Below are positions 40,607 through 52,736 of a stretch of DNA of 64,000 nucleotides, piece by piece. Origin of the DNA: Amphiscolops sp. MND2022 (Eukaryota); NCBI GenBank assembly GCA_964187785.1, contig OZ076409.1:41852001-41916000 (forward strand). The letters are read 5' to 3'. The notes under the pieces were generated by a model. It saw only the letters and a program-made list of their open reading frames with translations, was not told the DNA's origin and did not search any database. The position numbers and the translations under genes are program-made. Each line of letters begins with the position of its first letter. Position 1 is the first letter of the stretch.

Positions 40607-43495
40607 CACTACAATGGGTTAATGTTTCAGTTATTGTGAGAAAACATCAGTGGTAAATCATGATTAGTTTTGAATTCTAAATGATTCGCAATGCATCACA
40701 AGAACTCAAAGCAAAAAATATATGATTGAAAGTTTTGCTTACTGTCATGATCAGTAAACAATTAGTTCAAACTATTAAACTTTACATTGACATAATTAGA
40801 TACACCGAATGACTAGAATTTGTTTGCATGTGTTATCCAGGGTAAATTTTGCTGTAGTATGTATGTGTTTATGTACATGTGCGTTAATTAATTAATCGCG
40901 TAATTCAGTCAATGTTAAGGTGTAATGTAGTCAAAGTAATTAAACGTCAAGCTACTATTCAATATAAATTCATGTGCTTGAAGTACTTATTAAAGTAGCG
41001 TAAACCAGTCAAATTTTGTTCATTTACACTTTTCGGTAGTTTCAAAAATGAATACTCATAAAAAATGAAATTTAATCAAATTTTGACTAATTTACACCTT
41101 ACACAATTAGTGAAACTCCATTTGAACAATTTGGACTGTTTTACACCATATACTATTTACGCATCTTGACTAGAATTCACCGCGTTCATATTACACCTCG
41201 CTGCACCACTACATTATTGGGTTCCGACATTTTTTGACCAATATACACTAATTGACTACTTTACCCAAAGTACTTTTTACACCTAGTGATTACTTCCCAC
41301 TTTTGCGGGATATGTATCGAAATGTTTTTTTTTCTGTACTGGTTTTCAGGCCTTTTCATCCATTATATTTTGATTAGAATAGACTCTTTCTTCATCATTT
41401 ACGTCACTGAGAGGCGTGGAAATCACACTTTCTCAGGTATGATTTCTTAAAAAATGCGAAGGTATTTTCTTGGAAAAACTGACATGAAGTTAGCGCTCGA
41501 AAACGCCACAAAGTTCAATGATCCTTCAATGGACAAGCCTCGTGACGTTGCAACTCTCGTTATAAAAGTTGTAGTTGGGAAATTGAGTGTAACTAATGAC
41601 TTCTGATTCGGAGTGAGATACGTGATTTTTCAAATGTATTCGGCCTAGTTCCTTGAAAATTAACAACACGGATGAACTTGACAATCACCTTGAAATTATC
41701 TCGCCTTTCTGAGTTTTGTACACTGATCTCCGACAGTATCCGGTGAAAAGTTGATACTCTGTGATTTCGAAGAGGCAACGAAAATGATTTTGATGGTAAT
41801 AAAAATAAAATAACGATTATCCGGCAAGTAGGTCAAACTAAGAAAACTACGTAAATGCTTTTCTCACTTGACTTCTTGCTGGTTGAAACTGTTTAATGGT
41901 CATGCAGTTTGAATAACGTCAATCGAGCAATCTGCTCTTTGAATGAACTGCAGTTTTCCCAAGAGATGTATTTTCTGCTTTTTACGACCTCTTTCTACCT
42001 TTGGAACTGAGATACTTTTATAGTCCATTAATGCAACCAGCATAGATTGCTGTTGAATTAACAAAATGTTTTAAGTTTGGGTTTTGATTTTTTTCTCTCA
42101 CCTACACACGTTTTTAAAATTGAAGTTTATCCGATGAATCATGTTAAAGAACATCTTTAAATTTTTAAATCCAAACCTTTTCTATTTAGCTGATGTCATA
42201 TACATTCATATCAACTGCTTCAATTCAATAATATTCAGTCAATATTTCCAGAAAAAATTGCAAAAGAAGTCTTCGTGAAAAAAAATTTTCCTTGCTTTGA
42301 AATTTTTCAAATGTGTAGGAAATGAAAGGCCAAAAAAGCCTCAATTTAGGCTAAGAAAACTCTAGAAATTTATTTCAAGTGTATACCTCAAGATTGGAAA
42401 GCAAAAGCAAAATATTACAGTGACAGATCCATTCATATCAATTTTACAAACATTAGCATTTCTATACTTTTTTCAAGTCCACTCATGCACGGTGCTCAAA
42501 AAAATATCAATGAAAATTGTGGAAGAATTTTCTGTTGTGCCGGTTTGTTCACACGGTATACAATCAGACGGAGATCTTCAAAAGAGTAATTTATGCAACC
42601 TGGCCTGGAATTATGCAATAGATATATCGTCCCATAATATCCCAATGCTGATTTCACAGACTGCGCAACATTCTTGAGCAATGTATTTTTCTCTGAAATA
42701 GCCGCTACTTCAGAAGTTCAAAGCAATTAAGTTCGGGTGAATGAAGAAAGTATGCCGTGAATTTAGGCAAAGCCGACGGTCATAATCCAATAAACTGTTG
42801 CTACGACAGTTCATAATTTAGAGGCATGCAGACAAATTTTGCTCTTTGAAAGCTGAGCAGATCAAATGCTTCCCCGAAATTTTGATGGAAATGCTCTTTT
42901 CAAAGCGCTGAGAGAATCAGTACTTAGTGCAAAACAGCAATTTACGAATCCTCTTCAAAAATTTTGTTCATCTACTTTAATTTTCGATACTCTTAAATCC
43001 CTTTAATGATATGAATTAGGACTGAAAAAATTGATAGATTGTAACTGGAGAGTTGTTTTGAATCGGCGTTTTCTATAACAAAAATGACCGGCTCTTACAG
43101 TGGCAAGTTTTTTTGTCACACCAAAGACCTCACTATGAATGATCCATTTTTGGCGACTTTGCGCCAAAGTTCTAAGGGTACCCAAGGAGGCTTACGGGGA
43201 TTGACTGCATGTTTTTCATGGTACCGTCTACTCGAAACTATCGTTTGTGTAAATTAAAGTGTGAATACAAAGTGATCGAGTCGGTAACGAAGTGGGAAGT
43301 ATTTTCGTTTTTAATTGCATGGTTAAAATTGCAGTGTAATCCTACAAGATTTTATAACCGTTATTCTGTTACGAATACCCAATTATATGAACTATTCTTA
43401 ATATATTCTGACCGGCAGGTTTTTAATTTTGCAAGGTTTTATTTAAAAATACTCTGAATGCAGTCCTTCAGCATTTTCATCCAGTGGGTTTTCAT

Positions 43496-44237
43496 CCCGT
43501 ACTGAGACTCCATTCAATCCCATCAATGGGCCATCGCAACTTTTACCGATGGGCCATCGATGGGATTTGAATTATTGCCCAGCGCATGGGGGCAGTTCTG
43601 GAGCATTTTAGTGTTAAATATATTTAATTTTAACCTACTCTCATTTCCTTTTGAGCCTGAGCAAGCTTTCTCGAGCCTGAAAATCACTTTTAACGGAGCC
43701 TTGCCTTTGAATCATTTGAAAAAAATTGAAAAACCTGGCAAAATTGCAATTATTCGCATAAAAATGCGACGGAATCGAGCTTCAATTGTTGAGAAAACCA
43801 TCTGTTTGTAAGAAGAAAAAAGATCTGAAATATGCAGAAATTTGACTCTGAAAATACGTTTTTGTATCGAAAAATTTGGAGTTTTTTCCTTGGAAAATCA
43901 ACAGAACCCGGTTTTTCACAAAGGTAAATAATATGGATAACTATGTATAACTTCATTTCCGAATAAAATATTTGGGCACCCTCGAAATCCCAAACAAAGT
44001 TTAAATAGACTGAATGAAAAACATGAACATTTGGAACATGGCCAAGTCGAACGAATTTTTGTGATGGAAAATTTCAATTCCCATCGATGGGTCATCGATG
44101 GTCCATCGATGACCCATCGATGAGATCATCGTTAAAAAAACCTCATCGATGCCCATCGATGGACCATTGATGGCCATCGATGGGCCCCATGGGACTGCGA
44201 TGGCCATCAATGAACTGCGATGGGATCTCAGTACGGG
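43496..44237. mobile_element. CACTA-like MITE, family C
   Basis: TIR CCCGTACTGAGA ... TCTCAGTACGGG; many subterminal CCATCGATGG palindromes; flanks AT/GT (TSD imperfect). Confidence 0.75.
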
Positions 44238-45691
44238 GTGGTTGTTTGTGGTGCGGGGTTTGATAGAAAACAGCTCATATTGAACCATGAAGGCTGTCGG
44301 TTTCTGCATTTTCTAACTTAAGGATAAGATGACTGTTAGTAATTTCAGATCGCATTCTCGAAATAATTGTGGATTAGAAAATGCGGGTTTTTCTCCATCT
44401 GATAATCCTGGGATTTGTCATTTCCATTTCAGAAGAGACATTTTAGCTGGGAAAAGTTAAGTCTCGATGCTGTCATGCCGAGATAGTTCTCGAATTTAGT
44501 AACGTAATGCAAACTAGTATACACTTGAACACTTCTAGAAACTTTTAATAAAAATTTATTAATTAGTAATTTATTTTACTTCGGTTAAACGTGCAATGCA
44601 CATAAAGGGTCACGTGTGCTTTGATGTGTATATTTGTGACGTAACTCTGGCCGCAAAATGGCTCCTTAGGAAACTAACTTCTGGTTTTGTCAGTATTTTT
44701 TCAGCGTCTTATCCGCGGAATATGAGAAACAGCCTCAAGCCAAGCCAAAATGCCTACTGTCATGTTTGCCTCGAGAAACGAAATTCCAAAAACTGACCGC
44801 AAAAAACTTTCAACAAAGTAAGTGCCACTTGATTCGGAGTCAAAGCGATTTGATTATTTTCTTTAAATTATTTAAACCGAGCCTTCATTGTCCTGCAATT
44901 TTTGTATACAATTTTGAAGAATGTGAGCTTGAATTCAAACTGTTTTAACAGTTCTGAGGTTCGTGATTGATTGACTGGCTGCCGTTATTTCAAAATCCGT
45001 TCTGAAGCATTCACTTGATTCACAGAGCTGTTCCTTGAGATTTGCACTATCTATATTTACTATCTATATTTGTGTCGAACGTTTGTCAGCGATTTTAGAA
45101 CCGCTTAAAACCGGTGATGTAAAACAAAATAACTTGAGTCTAAAATCACACAATCTGCTATATTTTCTCACCTTTTTGTCGGCCGAGTTCCAAACCTGTT
45201 GAAACTGGCTATTGATGCCCACGATTGGTTGAATCTTGGAGAGTTTTTTCAAAATTGAAACAATCACTTCAGACATAATTGCAACACGACGCCCGCTGAT
45301 CAGAGGAATATTTCTAGCGACATCTTTCAGGGCACCAGTGTAGCTGATACACTACAAAATTTGCACAAAAACAGAAATCGGAAATTTTGACGGGTTTTTT
45401 TGGTCTTTTTGGTTTATTTTAAACCTTTGCAATAACTTCGGATTTTTAATGTAAGAAGTGAAATTTAGGTAATTAATTTAATTTCTAACACTTATATAAA
45501 AAAGTTCGAATATCTTCACATATAATTATGCTACGAACCTAATTTTTCTTTGTTGATTTTTGTGGTCTATTTTTTGTATAAAATTGGTACATGGCCAAAA
45601 TTGGAAAAAAAACTCAACTGAGGGATTAATTTTTCTTGCACATACGGAACGCATGTGAATCCTGAATTTTATGTATGTTAGCTAACATCTA

Positions 45692-45775
45692 AAAATACTG
45701 ACCCGGCAGATAAGGCCTAACATTTTACGACTTAAGTCGTAAAATGTTAGGCCTTATCTGCCGGGTCAGTATTTT
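45692..45775. repeat. Perfect 84-bp palindrome with no spacer
   Basis: 42-bp arms centred on CTT|AAG at 45733/45734. Confidence 0.95.
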
Positions 45776-45851
45776 AGATAATTTATCACTCACAAAGAAA
45801 AGAATGCAAAAAAAATGACCGACCCAATTTACTGCTTGAGATATTGATAGT

Positions 45852-46289
45852 CTGGGGTGTGGGATTTTTAGACCGTGGACCGAAACCGTAGTGCCAAACC
45901 GTAACCCGTAAACCGTAGTTGTGAAAAAAGCGAACCGTACACTTATGAGAAACACGAGCGAATTGTTTTATACATTTAACAGCAGTGTTTCTATGAAAAT
46001 TTTGGAGCGAATTCAATTGTTCATTCTCAAATAAGAACGTCTTTAAAAGACGAATTCGTTCAAAATATTTTATTTTTACGCTATAATTTGCAGAGGGCGT
46101 TCCCTCAAATACTATTTTGGGACAAGAAACATGAGTGCTTTGATAACACCATGAAAAGGATTTTTGATGAAGAAATTTAAATACTTCTGAAGCAAAAGTG
46201 TTTTTCAAACCGTACCCTGAAACCGTAAACCGTAGACGATAACCCGTAAACCGTAATTTCGATTCAACCCGTACGGTTCCACACCCCAG
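45852..46289. mobile_element. hAT-type MITE
   Basis: TIR CTGGGGTGTGG ... CCACACCCCAG; perfect 8-bp TSD TTGATAGT (45844-45851, 46290-46297); subterminal AACCGTA repeats. Confidence 0.9.
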
Positions 46290-47687
46290 TTGATAGTGTA
46301 ATGTTCAGTAGCCAACAAGATATTTCTCATTATTACTCCAAAGAGATTGTCCTCATCGAACTTTTTCCCCACCGATTGAAGTGCTTCCAACATCCCTTCG
46401 TCATAACTTGAAAGTGACAGCTTGAATTAATGATCAAAAGGAAGAATTTGGGTCAAACTTACAACATTTAGCATAATGAATGATCCCACCTACTTCAATG
46501 TAGTCATATGTTAATCATGTTTATCGACTAAAATTTCTACTGACCCCTCAAATGCAATCTTGTTCATAGAAATTTTAACATTCGAAGCAACCTTTTTTCT
46601 CAGATGAAGTGCTTTATTTTCTTATCGCTTTGTTCAAATATTATCATAGTTGAAATTCCCGGGAGTAATGGGAAAAAGGCGCTTTTTGATAGCAGTCGAA
46701 GATAAGAACGAATTCTGTTCTGGCTCCGAAAGAGAAATGTCAGAAGTTATTCATGGCCATGATAAACGACGCTGTTGTAACAGTGATTTTTTTGCTGGTA
46801 CATGCGAAATGTCAATATTCTTCTAGACGGCTTATCGCCGAGTCGAATGGTACTTTGGTCTAATGAAATGTGGTCGATTGAATAATGTCCTGATGACAAG
46901 GGTTCTTAGTAGGCGCATTCTGTATGAAAGACCCGATTATAATTGTGACTTTACAGACACACGCCAAGTGAGATTTACAGTTTCGATGCCCGCACAGAAT
47001 TTTTTCATGTTCACGAAGCTACAATAGGTTAATTTTCAGGTTTTTTTACCACAGTGCGAAATTTCTTGAATTTTTTGCCAATTTCACCGAAGAGATTTAG
47101 TTTTGGCAAGCCTAAAGTGTCATCTTTCAGGTTTTCGGTTTTCCAGAAATGTGGGTTTTTTTATTTGAACTTTCGTCCTAAACATTCAAGAGATTTTGCC
47201 TTTTTGAGTTTTAAGGGAGTGTCAACCTGGCCCGTTCCCGCCAGATTCTTTCAAACACTGATTTTGATGCCTTGAAATGGTGTGTAGAAGTGCTAATTTT
47301 GATGGATCGAAAATGAATTCCCTCACTGATGGCACCATACTATTTTCACTTGCTACGTTGAAATTCACAGTCATGAATCAAAATGTTAATATGTTACTTG
47401 GTTGTAAATTTCATAAATTCTGCTTAAGATGACGATAAATTATAGAGAATAAGTGAATAGGGATGAATAAAGCAGGGACGGCCCAAGTCAGCCCTCAAGG
47501 GTTCCAAACGTTCAATAACTTCAACAACCCATGGTAGTTTGTAGAGCGCACTGAAGATATTTGAACTCTAACGAAAAGTTTGAGATTCGGAAAAAAATTG
47601 CGCAATGCCGAAACATCCAATTAGGAAATAAAAATTACAAACTTACGGGAAACTTTTCTGGTGCACTGGACAAAAGTCTCACCATGT

Positions 47688-48224
47688 AAAAACAAGCCGG
47701 GAACGGCCCAAGTCGGCGCCATATCTAAGGCTCAAAAATAACAAAAGGACTTCAAAGTGTCAAGTATTCTCTTCTACAGTACCCGTTTGAGGAAAAATTG
47801 AAAAAAAATCCGATTTTTTTTTGAAATTTTTAAAATTTTTTGGTCTCCCGTAAGTCGCATAGTGCCGAAACATGTAAAATGGGGCCCTTTGGAAGTTTTT
47901 TAACATCCATTCTTTTGCAAAATAGACAAAAAAATGAAGGGTGGACCCTTTGGAGATATTTGCGAAAAAAGTCTCACAAAGCCGAAAAAAAATTGCACAA
48001 AAAAATTTTGGTCATGGCGGGACTCGAACCCATGTCATTCTGCTTGTCAGACCTCGAAAAAGCCGTAGTGGCCAAGTGGCAGTGAAGTAGTGTGACACAG
48101 TTTAGTGTTAGTGCCGGTTTAGTGCCAACTTATAAAATTTATAAAATCTGTCAGTTCGTTGGTCTTAAAAAAAAGAAGTCACTACTATAGTCTGCGTTTT
48201 TCTTCGAAAAGCGCCGACTAAAAA
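47688..48224 (+). mobile_element. Helentron-like non-autonomous element (HINE-type), longest copy
   Basis: AAACAAG start; subterminal inverted AGTCGGCGC / GCGCCGACT; terminal hairpin GCGTTTTTC-TTC-GAAAAGCGC; A-runs at both ends and no TSD. Superfamily inferred from structure only. Confidence 0.7.
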
Positions 48225-48483
48225 TTGGAGTTAGGCTCAAATAGATTTCGCGTTATATGGAAATATATATTTTTAAAAAACAAAGAGGGATTTTTGCTGA
48301 AATGGAAAATTTTTCACAGCCAAAGGTCCCGTGTTGATTTGTGATTCACGTGAAATTATAAAATAACCAAATAGAGTAATCTTCGAATAAATTTTAGTTG
48401 TGACACGGAAGTCAAAGAATTTTTAAATGCAATAATAGTTTATCAACTAGTTGCTTTCAAGAACTGAGATATTGCAAATGCGG

Positions 48484-48759
48484 ACTACCCATCATAGGTA
48501 GTTGGGAAAAACTTAAAAGATTACAAGGTTTGAGTCCTTGACACTTGGGTTCAAAAACTCATAGAGACCATATTTTTAATATAAAAGTGTTTTCAATTAG
48601 TGACGCAGGCGATTAGCTGAGACAGCAATTCAAGTGGCCGTGACCCAAAATATCCCTGTTTTGAGCCCTTCTAGAGTAAAAAGTTTTTGAACCCAAGTGT
48701 CAAGGACTCAAACCTTGTAATCTTTCAAGTTTTTCCCACCTTCTACGGAGAGGGTGGGA
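48484..48759. mobile_element. Small fold-back MITE
   Basis: 57-bp inverted arms 48503-48559 / 48682-48738 with 1 mismatch, extending imperfectly outwards. Confidence 0.75.
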
Positions 48760-49482
48760 AATAAGTTAGTTGGGCTTGGGCGAAGATGGCGTCCTATTTT
48801 ATATAAAAGTATGAATAGTTTAGGAGGAGTATCAAGCAGTTCCTTGGGCCTTATACAGCCAAACACGGCTCAAACCGTTTATACGAGGGATCAGGGATCT
48901 TCCAGGACATGACTTTACGACTTCTAATGACTGACGACGAAACTTAATTTATGAGTCTTTGGAATAAGCTCAAATTTTCCACGTTGTTAATTTTCAGATA
49001 AACATACAAACACGGACGACAAAACAATGTTATGTTAATCAACATTACTCAATGGATTTTGAAAAACTGAAATGCTTTGCTGCAATAATGATTCATTCCT
49101 TGAAGGATAAATTTGTTGGAACTGTTTTCCTTTCCACCGTGTTTTAGGCTTAACCCCAGAACTAGACTGTTGTTAGTAGAAGTTTGTTTACAAGAGGTTA
49201 TTCCCATTCTACACAAAGCTCAATGACAACTTCAAAAAAGCTCAAAATTAGGGAAAACATTGACTTCATATCTAAATTGTTGATGGCATGTTTTCGATCG
49301 CAATTCATCAAATATTGAAGTTTATTGTAGAAACATTTAATGAATGTTTTGAGAATGAAACAAAAACTTATCACGGCCTAGTCTTTTTCGAACAAATTGC
49401 TCTTGACTGTCACGCCAAGGTGACACCAACATGAAAGAAAACGTTTGAAGAGCGAAAATTATAGCAATTCGGCAATCACAGC

Positions 49483-49651
49483 AGTAGTATACGAATTCCC
49501 GATTCGGGCCAGTCAAATATATTTTTTTTAAAAAATGTTAATTATTATTATTTTTAAAATCAACGTTTTTTTCACAACTAACTGTTAAAAAATAACCAAG
49601 GCAAACCATCTAAAAATTAGTCATTTTTCACAACTGAAAAATTAACAAAAT
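49483..49651 (+). repeat. Polinton left TIR
   Basis: Inverted match to 63659-63830, differing mostly in homopolymer lengths. Confidence 0.95.
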
Positions 49652-49671
49652 TGATGAAAAATAACTATTAA

Positions 49672-50067
49672 ATGAGTTATTTATCATTCAAAGAATTTGT
49701 TAATAAATATGGATTAAAAAATGAAACAACTTCCAATGTAGAAATAAAAGAAATCTTAAAACTCATGAACACATCTTGTGGAATATATATGAGAGATGAT
49801 AAATTTATAACCACCAGTGGTATAGTTAACTTACATCCAACTAAAGGAACACGTTGGGTTATGTTTACAAACCAAAACTATTTCGATTCATATGGCTGTC
49901 CACCACCACTAAATATAACAAAACAAATTAATAATGGTATCTATTCAGAATATCAAATCCAGAAAGACGACAGTTATTGTGCAGCGTATTGTTTGTATGT
50001 GTTGTATCTCACAAATATAATTGGCTTCAAAAATGCAGTTTTAAATTTATACTACCAAAATTTATAA
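49672..50067 (+). CDS. Adenain-like cysteine protease (catalytic His replaced by Arg)
   Basis: GIVNL..GTRWV (family GxHWV), YFDSYG, QIQ..DSYCAAYC. Confidence 0.9.
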   Translation: MSYLSFKEFVNKYGLKNETTSNVEIKEILKLMNTSCGIYMRDDKFITTSGIVNLHPTKGTRWVMFTNQNYFDSYGCPPPLNITKQINNGIYSEYQIQKDDSYCAAYCLYVLYLTNIIGFKNAVLNLYYQNL

Positions 50068-50074
50068 TTCTTAA

Positions 50075-50269
50075 ATGAAGAATATTAATAATTATTCAGC
50101 TCAATTTAAAACTATTCAAAAACCAATGAATACCAATGAGAATCAATTTGATGAGAAAATAATAGAAAACAATAATCCAAAAAATAATCAAAAAAAGAAA
50201 TTATCAAAACAAAACCAAGACTTTATAAATAAGATATCCGCAAGTGAATTTAAACAATTTTTCGCTTAA
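50075..50269 (+). CDS. Small hypothetical Polinton protein (64 aa)
   Basis: Tightly packed between PRO and mCP with a TAAATG start. Confidence 0.6.
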   Translation: MKNINNYSAQFKTIQKPMNTNENQFDEKIIENNNPKNNQKKKLSKQNQDFINKISASEFKQFFA

Positions 50270-50272
50270 TAA

Positions 50273-51334
50273 ATGGATCTATCAAATTTTGTAACCTATG
50301 ATAAAAAAGAATCTCTTTTATTGAGTATTGCAAAATCTAATCAAGAAATTGTTGAAAATACTCATTCTAAACCACAAGAAACTTTAGAATTTAAAATGAA
50401 TGAACAAAAAGAATCTTTTTCATTCGATGTTCCCTTGGAGCTGCCAGAACAATGGATGATGGGAGTAACAAGTTTAGAAGTATATAACAGTGTATATAAT
50501 ATTACCAACAAAAATAACTCATTCCAGATACAACTAACAGACGAACAACTTAATGGGATTGATACAAAACTTGCAATGAATATTGAATACCTTCATAAAA
50601 CCAATCAACCAGATTTCAATAAAACAGTTTATGGTTTAATAAATACCACTTTCAAAAATAAAAAGAAGCTTCTAAAAAGTGATCTTGATAAAATCAAGGA
50701 TATAATTAACCAGCATGAAAGTGAAAACCTTCTCAATAAACTTAAAATTTTCGAAGTTATTGATCTCCCCATTATGAATGAAAAAATAGAAATAAAACTC
50801 CAACCTGGAATATATGAACTAAGTGATCTGAATACAGCAAAACAACAAAAATTACAATATTATCAAGATCATCGAGAATATAAAATAAATGGTGTAAATA
50901 TTAACATTGAAGCAGATACAATATCAATGAAATCAGTTTTAACAACTTCTAATCCCATTAATTTTAATTCAAAATTAAATGAACTTCTAGGATTCACAAA
51001 TACACACTATATACAAGGAACTCATATATCAGAAAAACCAGTTATGATAACAACGACAGACAAAGTTCATCTGAAATGTGATTGTGTAGGTGGTTCAATT
51101 GTTAATGGTATACAAGAACAAATCTTGTTTAGTTTTAATCTTTCCTCCCCACCAGGATATAAAATTATAGAAGAACCCATAATTATTTTGTATAAAAAAA
51201 TAAACAAAACAAGGTTAGATAGTATTCAATTTTTCTTAGAAGATTCCAACCAAAATCCAGTTGATTTCAATGAGGGAAACATTAACATTTATAATTCAAA
51301 TCATCTAGATTTAATTCTAATAAATGAGCTTTAG
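50273..51334 (+). CDS. Minor capsid protein (penton), C-terminal frameshift
   Basis: LEVYNSVYNITNKNN, VHLKCDCVGGSIVNG, PPGYKIIEEP..LYKKIN, NPVDFN; the expected ETLTFIIQI tail lies in another frame from ~51277. Confidence 0.8.
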   Translation: MDLSNFVTYDKKESLLLSIAKSNQEIVENTHSKPQETLEFKMNEQKESFSFDVPLELPEQWMMGVTSLEVYNSVYNITNKNNSFQIQLTDEQLNGIDTKLAMNIEYLHKTNQPDFNKTVYGLINTTFKNKKKLLKSDLDKIKDIINQHESENLLNKLKIFEVIDLPIMNEKIEIKLQPGIYELSDLNTAKQQKLQYYQDHREYKINGVNINIEADTISMKSVLTTSNPINFNSKLNELLGFTNTHYIQGTHISEKPVMITTTDKVHLKCDCVGGSIVNGIQEQILFSFNLSSPPGYKIIEEPIIILYKKINKTRLDSIQFFLEDSNQNPVDFNEGNINIYNSNHLDLILINEL

Positions 51335-51707
51335 TAAATTTAAAAATAATTCATACTGTGTTGGTGGAAAACATTATTCCGCTACCACAAATATTCGTGG
51401 AGATATCACTCAAAATAAAAAAACAGGAGCACCTGTTAAATTATTAAGAGGCACTTGTTCAACTTGTAAAAGAAATAAGAGTCTCATTGTTTCTGATCAA
51501 ACAATACAAGCAGAAGGATTAGGTGACTTTTTCCGAGGTATAGGAAAAGCCGCCAAGAATGTCGGAAAGAAAATTTTAAATAATCCTGGACGAGCATTAG
51601 AACTCGCAGCTAATATTGGTACAGCAGCAGCAAGTAAAAATCCAAAACTTATTGCCGCAACTGCTCCTGATATTATAAAATTTGTTCATCAAGGAAAAGG
51701 CCTGTAA
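51324..51707 (+). CDS. Candidate virion core / membrane-lytic precursor protein
   Basis: Cys/His-containing N-terminus (YCVGGKH..CSTC), amphipathic GLGDFFRGIGKAAKNVGKKIL, AEG-L and GKG-L sites; probable premature stop (GKGL*LGKIH). Confidence 0.7.
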   Translation: MSFSKFKNNSYCVGGKHYSATTNIRGDITQNKKTGAPVKLLRGTCSTCKRNKSLIVSDQTIQAEGLGDFFRGIGKAAKNVGKKILNNPGRALELAANIGTAAASKNPKLIAATAPDIIKFVHQGKGL

Positions 51708-51774
51708 TTGGGTAAAATTCATTGATTTACAGCCTTGCTGTAAATTAAATTTTATTATTTATGAATAATAAATT

Positions 51775-52727
51775 ATGTATTCAATTCATAATCGAGATGA
51801 TTTAGAAAAGTTAAAAAAATTGCAAGAATCAAAATCTTTAATAAAAGCTGAAAGATTAAAACAACTCCTAGGGAAGCAAGATTTTCATTACGATATGGAA
51901 GAAGTTTTTGAATCTGTTACCAAAAATCAGACCAAACAACAACAACAATCTGAAAAGCGAATACAAGCACTACGGGATTCTACTCAAACTACAACACAAG
52001 CAATACAAGACCAAACTAGAGCAATACAAGAAACGAGTAATACTCTTAATAAAAAATTACATAAATCAGTTAAAGAAGGAATACAAGAATATGATAAAAT
52101 TACAAATTGTAATAAATTGTTACAGATCTGGTTAACTCAAACCAAGTTGATTCTAGTATCGTTAAGACAGTTTCTAATTTGCTTAATGACAACAACAAAA
52201 GTCAATGTAGTTTAGAACCCGTGGAAGGAAGTTCCAATTTTGTCACAATTAACCATACTGATCCTCAACAAGTACTAATCAAAGGTTCAACAATGACTTT
52301 CCCGAATGGTAGCACGTACTATTTAAAAGATCCGGATCTTTCATTCTTTATAACGAATACACACTTCGATAATCTACCACAAAATAGCAATATAATTCAC
52401 AGTTTTTTAAATGATATGAAATATAATATATATCATGCAGATAAAAAATCAAGAATATATCATTTAATTAAAGCTATATTTAATACATACTATCAACAAC
52501 CCCAATTAGGAACTGGATTGAATTTTATTTTCCTTCCATCTGATCCAGATGAACTTGTAGATCAAATAAAACTACTTTATTTTGAAAAAGTAGGAGGAAA
52601 TGATAATCCTATGCTTAGTGAACAAATCATAGCAAGTGCTGATAAACTTTTACAATACCAATGCATTACAACAAATCAGTATCAAAACCTTATACAAACT
52701 TTTAGTTTGCAAACCTTTGGTTTGTAA
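51775..52727 (+). pseudogene. Conserved Polinton accessory protein, split by a frameshift
   Basis: Overlapping ORFs 51775-52215 and 52179-52727; Q/T-rich coiled coil; C-terminal GTGL..LPSDPDELVDQIKLL..K.GGN motif I associate with Polinton proteins. Confidence 0.65.
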
Positions 52728-52736
52728 GCACTTTTA

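Noticed and set aside
41330..43200. Possible host exons or hAT transposase relic (VCSHGIQ)
   Set aside because: A single weak motif and no consistent frame or splice structure.
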